Origin: an uncultured delta proteobacterium
Lineage (GTDB): Bacteria; Desulfobacterota; Desulfomonilia; UBA1062
DNA length: 64,000 nt
Assembly: GCA_963798485.1 (NCBI GenBank)
Contig: CAWCTR010000021.1
Location: 207,096-271,095, forward strand
Reading direction: 5' to 3'
Positions within the stretch are counted from its first letter, which is position 1. The number at the start of each line of letters is the position of its first letter. The notes beneath the pieces are model-generated. The model did not search any database, was not told the origin of the DNA, and was given only the letters and a program-made list of their open reading frames with translations. Of the stretch, positions 60,401 through 64,000 are shown piece by piece. Made by a program: the position numbers and the translations under genes.

Positions 60401-60720
60401 TCACGGAACTCCACCGTAAAGAGAACGGAGTGTTCCCCGGCAGAGCTTACCACGTGCTTTACGGTCGGGATCTCCCGTATCCAGGAACCCACCGGCCGGG
60501 CAAGGCGCTCATCGATATCCTGTGCACCCCTGCCAGGGTATGTCAGAAGAACATCGGCCACGGTAAGGGTGATTGAGGGCTCGTCCTCCTTGGGGGTAGA
60601 CCAGATGGCCAGGACACCCATAACCACGGTCATGATCATAATCAGGGGGGTCAGCTTGGATTGGATAAAGTATTCGGTGAATCTGCCCGTGAGGCCCATG
60701 ATGTGGTCCACGCCCCTCAT
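57478..60720 (-). CDS. RND efflux permease (AcrB-like)
   Basis: 1080 aa; GLLVDDSIVVIE, GIVIRNSILLVDF, RLRPILLT. Confidence 0.92.
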   Translation of the reverse strand: MRGVDHIMGLTGRFTEYFIQSKLTPLIMIMTVVMGVLAIWSTPKEDEPSITLTVADVLLTYPGRGAQDIDERLARPVGSWIREIPTVKHVVSSAGEHSVLFTVEFREGVPREKALTQLYDRLYANMDQLPPGVSAPLVKPRGIAEVPSMAVSLWSDTEGSQILRKIASEMAAELRRIPNVSRVDIIGGQSRSFLVELDARRMAERGIAADRVVQAVQAANLRLPAGSISGHEGVLNIEAGAFLQSAADTGLLIVGANAAGPIYLRDVANVRDGVADASDYVSRMGRDTGWSAYPAVTLAVTKVDSSNVTVVTREARRALDKLAKDLLPATIRMSVTRDLGEKAEHTLSEVNKHMLITIVISILLIGFTLGWRAGIITAVALPVTIIFVPIIYNLTGFTLNRIALASIVFAIGLLVDDSIVVIEIIYRHWHSDNAKTAPLVVAYAVQEVGPPTILATLMVICALLPTAFVTGMAGQYLRVLPVGACLGMLFSLFVAFTVTPYLCLRIFPAGSTKGDRAGHDPGSGQKYNLISYYRRLLAWFMEKPKRMYAAYVLVVILFVAMVAMIQARIAIVRAMPYDNADEVSVMIDLPPATQLEDAYPVIMDAAQKLKTIPEVTACNVYVGTSAPVTFQGLARHYDFRKEPFHAEIQVQLLPNTKRSRRSHEIVPDIRPLIQPVLSGKDTVFVVAELPPGVPTLAPLVAEVYGPDDETRLTLAHRVMSIFRTMPGVVDVDWTARHGTERLRYEVDLQKASVQGVVAAQAASTVRTLFAGDSSSWANLPHEREPVPIIVRLARAGRSSIADIRSLSFTPVTGGPPVPATEIGSMKRVAGPYPILRKDLEPVVMVTGVVTGDGPNYSATDITKLLKKETVGGKPIQVIWSDEKSQTGSYAVSWAGEWSIQRDLFSDLGVSFLVVLFLIYCILVAWYRSFLIPVIIMLPIPLVIIGVIPAHIALNKPLDGPGTMGIIALAGIVIRNSILLVDFARSRIASGMPIKEAVLKACEIRLRPILLTALAVILGEVVLYFDPILRGLGITMPSGALISTLLTLGIVPLAFYQLATYLRSQGHDLVDKQEKEGYDHG

Positions 60721-61847
60721 CTGGCAATCTCCTCGACAGGCTTGCCATCCGCGACACCGGTCTTCTCCGGCGAGAGGATCACCCGGTCCCCCTCACGGAG
60801 CCCTGAAAGGACACTCACCATATCGCCCGGATTCTCGTCCAAAATCAGCCAGTGAAGCCGTGCAATGGAGTCCTTCGCTACCACATACACACCGGTGAGG
60901 CGTCCTTTCTCGACGAGTGCTTCTTTAGGGATGAGGATTCTGGTAACCTCGGAGGCGCCAAGCGGCACCTCCACCACGCCGAGCGTACCGTCCCTAAACC
61001 GGTGCCCGGCATTGTCGATAATGAGCTGGACGCGCAGCCCCGGCGCCAAGGTACTTCCTGAGGGGACGATCCCCTCGATCTTACCCCGGACAGTCTCACC
61101 ACCCATCCGCACAGGCAGGTTCTGACATGGTTTAAGGCCGGCAGCAAGATCGGTCCCAACCGGGGCGATTACCCTGAGCCTTGAGTCATCTTCAATGATG
61201 AAGAGCGGCTGGCCCGGGGCGACCATGTTCCCCTCTTCAACCATCTTCCGTACAATGACACCCTTGAACGGGGCGCGCGCAACCGCATACGAGAGGTTCA
61301 CCTCCAGCTCGTCCAGTGCAGACCTTGCACCTTCTGCTGCAGCGTTTGCCTGGGCGTGGCCTACCTGGGCCGCCTCCAGTTGATGACGTGACACGGTTCC
61401 GGACTTCTGAAGGGTGCTCATCCGCTCAAGGTTCAGCCGTGCAACATCGAGTGCCGTGGATGCCGTCTCGAGAGCTGCCTGGGCCTGTCTCTTGCGGGCC
61501 AGTAGGTCCCGGGTGTCCAGGCGGATGAGCACCCGGTCCGCCTCCACCCGGTCACCCTCCTGGAATCCCGCATCTATGACCTTTGCCATGATGCGCGCCG
61601 CAGGCGTTGACCTATGGACAGGCTCGGTGAAACCGGAGAGCATAACAGGCTGGGCAGCCCTTTCTATCTGCGCGACACAGGTCTGCACCTTGAGAGGAAC
61701 TTTACCGGGGTGCTCTGGTGTTTCGGCATTCGAGTTACCGCTGTTGCACCCGGTCACCAGAAAGACCGTAATGAAAAGACTAAGAACATCGGTAAAAAAT
61801 TGTTTTTTATGGAACCTGCCGGAACTCGCCCCCTTTACCCTGTACAT
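60717..61847 (-). CDS. RND periplasmic adaptor subunit
   Basis: Lipobox-like VTGC, coiled coil, RAPFKGVI, VLSGLREGD. Confidence 0.88.
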   Translation of the reverse strand: MYRVKGASSGRFHKKQFFTDVLSLFITVFLVTGCNSGNSNAETPEHPGKVPLKVQTCVAQIERAAQPVMLSGFTEPVHRSTPAARIMAKVIDAGFQEGDRVEADRVLIRLDTRDLLARKRQAQAALETASTALDVARLNLERMSTLQKSGTVSRHQLEAAQVGHAQANAAAEGARSALDELEVNLSYAVARAPFKGVIVRKMVEEGNMVAPGQPLFIIEDDSRLRVIAPVGTDLAAGLKPCQNLPVRMGGETVRGKIEGIVPSGSTLAPGLRVQLIIDNAGHRFRDGTLGVVEVPLGASEVTRILIPKEALVEKGRLTGVYVVAKDSIARLHWLILDENPGDMVSVLSGLREGDRVILSPEKTGVADGKPVEEIAR

Positions 61848-61933
61848 GATCGCCGTCTCCTTATTTCATGTGCTTTCAAAAATGAACATGCATTCCTAAT
61901 CCGCCCTTGATCATATTCATCCAAGGCGTTCAC

Positions 61934-62284
61934 CTAATTATTGCCCTTAACGATCCGTTGATCCATCCATAGGGTATGACTGACGATCCCGAATGCGCTC
62001 AGGCCCTTGGCAAGCTGCAGGCCCAGAAGACTCTTTTCCTGCCTGCAAGGCTCAAACGGACAGTGGATATGGACGCTGAGGTCAGAATCATAACCGGTAC
62101 TGCGGTATACGCTCAGGTTCATCATTTTCCCTGTCTCAACCGTATGAAAAACCTGTGTGCAGAACTCCAGGGCATTTTCCAATTCTTCTTTTTCCGAGAC
62201 CCTGACGGTTATAACTTCAAGGCAGTTCATGGCCCTGGTGGATACGGGCTCATTGACAATGGTCTTCTCTTCCTGCCTCTTCAT
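61934..62284 (-). CDS. Small hypothetical protein heading the RND operon
   Basis: MNCLEVITVR...DLSVHI...KSLLGLQLAKGLSAFGIVSHTLW; start uncertain but must lie downstream of the sigma-54 promoter. Confidence 0.55.
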   Translation of the reverse strand: MKRQEEKTIVNEPVSTRAMNCLEVITVRVSEKEELENALEFCTQVFHTVETGKMMNLSVYRSTGYDSDLSVHIHCPFEPCRQEKSLLGLQLAKGLSAFGIVSHTLWMDQRIVKGNN

Positions 62285-62356
62285 CACACAACCCGGTTTT
62301 TTAAATCCTTGTGGCACAGATCTCGCGCACCTGTGCTGTAGTTTCATCAACCTTTA

Positions 62357-62373
62357 AGCCAGATTGGTGCCAA
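62357..62373 (-). promoter_or_regulatory. Sigma-54 promoter for the hypothetical-MFP-RND operon
   Basis: TTGGCAC-CAATC-TGGCT; divergent from a sigma-54 activator gene. Confidence 0.65.
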
Positions 62374-62449
62374 CCTTTCATTCAAACGTGATATCAATAT
62401 ATTATGATTATAGGTCAGTGCATTACAGCGATATGTAACGATTCTGATT

Positions 62450-62495
62450 GCGAAATATCACGATATCGTTCTATATCATGATGAAGATATTTCGC
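62450..62495. promoter_or_regulatory. Candidate upstream activator sites
   Basis: Inverted repeat GCGAAATATC (62450-62459) / GATATTTCGC (62486-62495); direct repeats ATATCAYGAT. Confidence 0.45.
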
Positions 62496-62524
62496 CTTTA
62501 TATGGGAACCTCGGGGGTGATCCT

Positions 62525-64000
62525 ATGAGGATCGATGAAAACGAGTTCTTCCGTCAGGCGGCCTTAAGGATTTGCGGCAGCCTGGACATCGGGAAGGCCA
62601 TGGCTGACTTTGTTCACTACATCAAAGATTACATACCTGTGTCCGAGCTCACCCTGAGCTGGCTTGAACCGGATAGCGGAATTATTCGGAACCTCGTAAG
62701 TGCAACCCCTTCAGGAAAGACATGGGTTATACCACCGATACCCGTCCCAAAGGAGATCATCCGGTACATTGATGAGCGAATTAGCGGATGGCAGGAAGTC
62801 AGGATAGAGAACGATCCCAAACAGGATCCGACTACCAGGACTATCATACCCTATTATGATACACCCAACCCTTCGGCAATGTACATGGTGCTGGTTGTGG
62901 AAGGCACACTCCTGGGTGCTGTCGGCATCCTGGCAGAGGGAAAAGGTGTGTTCACCAAGACCCATGCCCGTCTCCTCTCCCTGCTGCGCGAGCCCTTCGC
63001 CATCGCCATGTCTAACGCGCTACGATACCAGGAGGTCCTGAAGCTCAAGGACCTGCTGGATGCCGAGAACCGGGAGCTCGGCCGGGAACTGATCAGCTCG
63101 GCCGGTGATGAGATAGTAGGCGCCGAATTCGGGCTGGCCGGGGTGATGGAGATGGTCAGGCAGGTGGCCCCGCTGAACAGCCCGGTCATGCTCCTCGGCG
63201 AGACCGGGGTGGGAAAAGAGGTGATTGCAAATACCGTCCACCGTTTGTCACCCAAGGGGTGATGCCCCTTCATCAAGGTAGACTGCGGGGCCATCCCGGA
63301 AGGGCTCCTGGACGCCGAGCTCTTCGGGCACGAGAAAGGTGCATTCACCGGGGCCATTGCCCAGAAGAGGGGCCGCTTCGAGCGGGCCCACAAAGGCAGC
63401 ATCTTCTTAGATGAGATCGCCGAGCCTCCCACACCGCGCCCAGGTGAGGCTTTTACGGGTCCTTCAGCACAAAGAGATCGAACGCGTGGGTGGCACACAG
63501 ATGATACCCGTTGATGTCCGCATCATTTCCGCCACCAACAAGAACCTCGAGGCCATGGTCCGCTCAGGTGATTTCCGGGAGGACCTGTGGTACCGGCTCA
63601 ATATCTTCCCCATCATGATCCCGCCTTTGAGACAGCGCACAGAGGATATCCCTGCCTTTGTCCACCATTTTGTCGAGAAGAAGGCAAAAGAGCTCAAGAT
63701 CCACACGCCACCCCCTGTTTCCGCCCAGGGCGTAGAGCGCCTCAAGGCCCATCCGTGGCCGGGCAATGTACGGGAACTGGAGAATCTCATCGAGCGCGAG
63801 CTCATCCGGAGAAGGGGAATTGATGATACCGGTTCACTGGTCTTTGAAAATCTGAGCCTGCCCGAGCTGAGAGAGAAAAAGGCCGACCTGCTGGAATCCG
63901 GGCAGGTTCCGGCCCCGCTCGACGAGGCCATGTCACAGCATATCCGGAAAGTGCTGCGTCAGACAAAGGGGAAGATCTATGGGCCGGGAGGGGCTGCCGA
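62525..64000 (+). pseudogene. GAF + sigma-54-interacting transcriptional activator, disrupted; runs off window end
   Basis: GETGVGKE, in-frame TGA at 63260, [18 protein letters not shown], +1 frameshift near 63425, FREDLWYRL, WPGNVRELEN. Confidence 0.85.

Noticed and set aside
63260-63262. Selenocysteine readthrough of the in-frame TGA
   Set aside because: The position is not a conserved Cys, a second frameshift follows, and compensating homopolymer indels or a nonsense change explain it more simply.

Overview
This is a 64-kb bacterial chromosomal window. Gene content suggests an anaerobic deltaproteobacterium-like organism (inference from the N-type ATPase, 2-hydroxyacyl-CoA dehydratase pair, sigma-54 promoters, metWX, panBC and glnA). 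The housekeeping and transport backbone has three accessory zones. (1) About 6.4-11.3 kb: an integron-like cassette array with no intI in the window. It has an attI-like site, a tyrosine-recombinase + IS91-family transposase element whose ends look like integron core sites, an HNH cassette with a clear attC, and VOC and SnoaL genes. (2) About 19.8-30.5 kb, the highlight: a visibly AT-rich, tightly coupled minus-strand operon. It encodes a radical SAM/SPASM enzyme, a PqqD/RRE protein, and a 46-aa precursor-like peptide missing from the ORF track (29045-29185; leader motif YEKPLL, C-terminus CRQCSGCHGCR). These are followed by a ~1060-aa metallo-beta-lactamase-fold protein, a prenyltransferase/squalene-cyclase-repeat protein, an asparagine-synthetase-like amidotransferase, a GT4 glycosyltransferase, a P-loop protein and an HD-type phosphohydrolase. 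I do not recognise this combination as a characterised RiPP class. (3) About 48.3-54.6 kb: a RAYT with REPs, a nucleotidyltransferase pair, a higBA module with a frameshifted toxin, and gene remnants including a type III glutamine synthetase C-terminal relic right behind glnA. Several single-base indels, some in short homopolymers, may be real decay or assembly errors. All calls rest on manual reading and motif recognition; no database searches were run.
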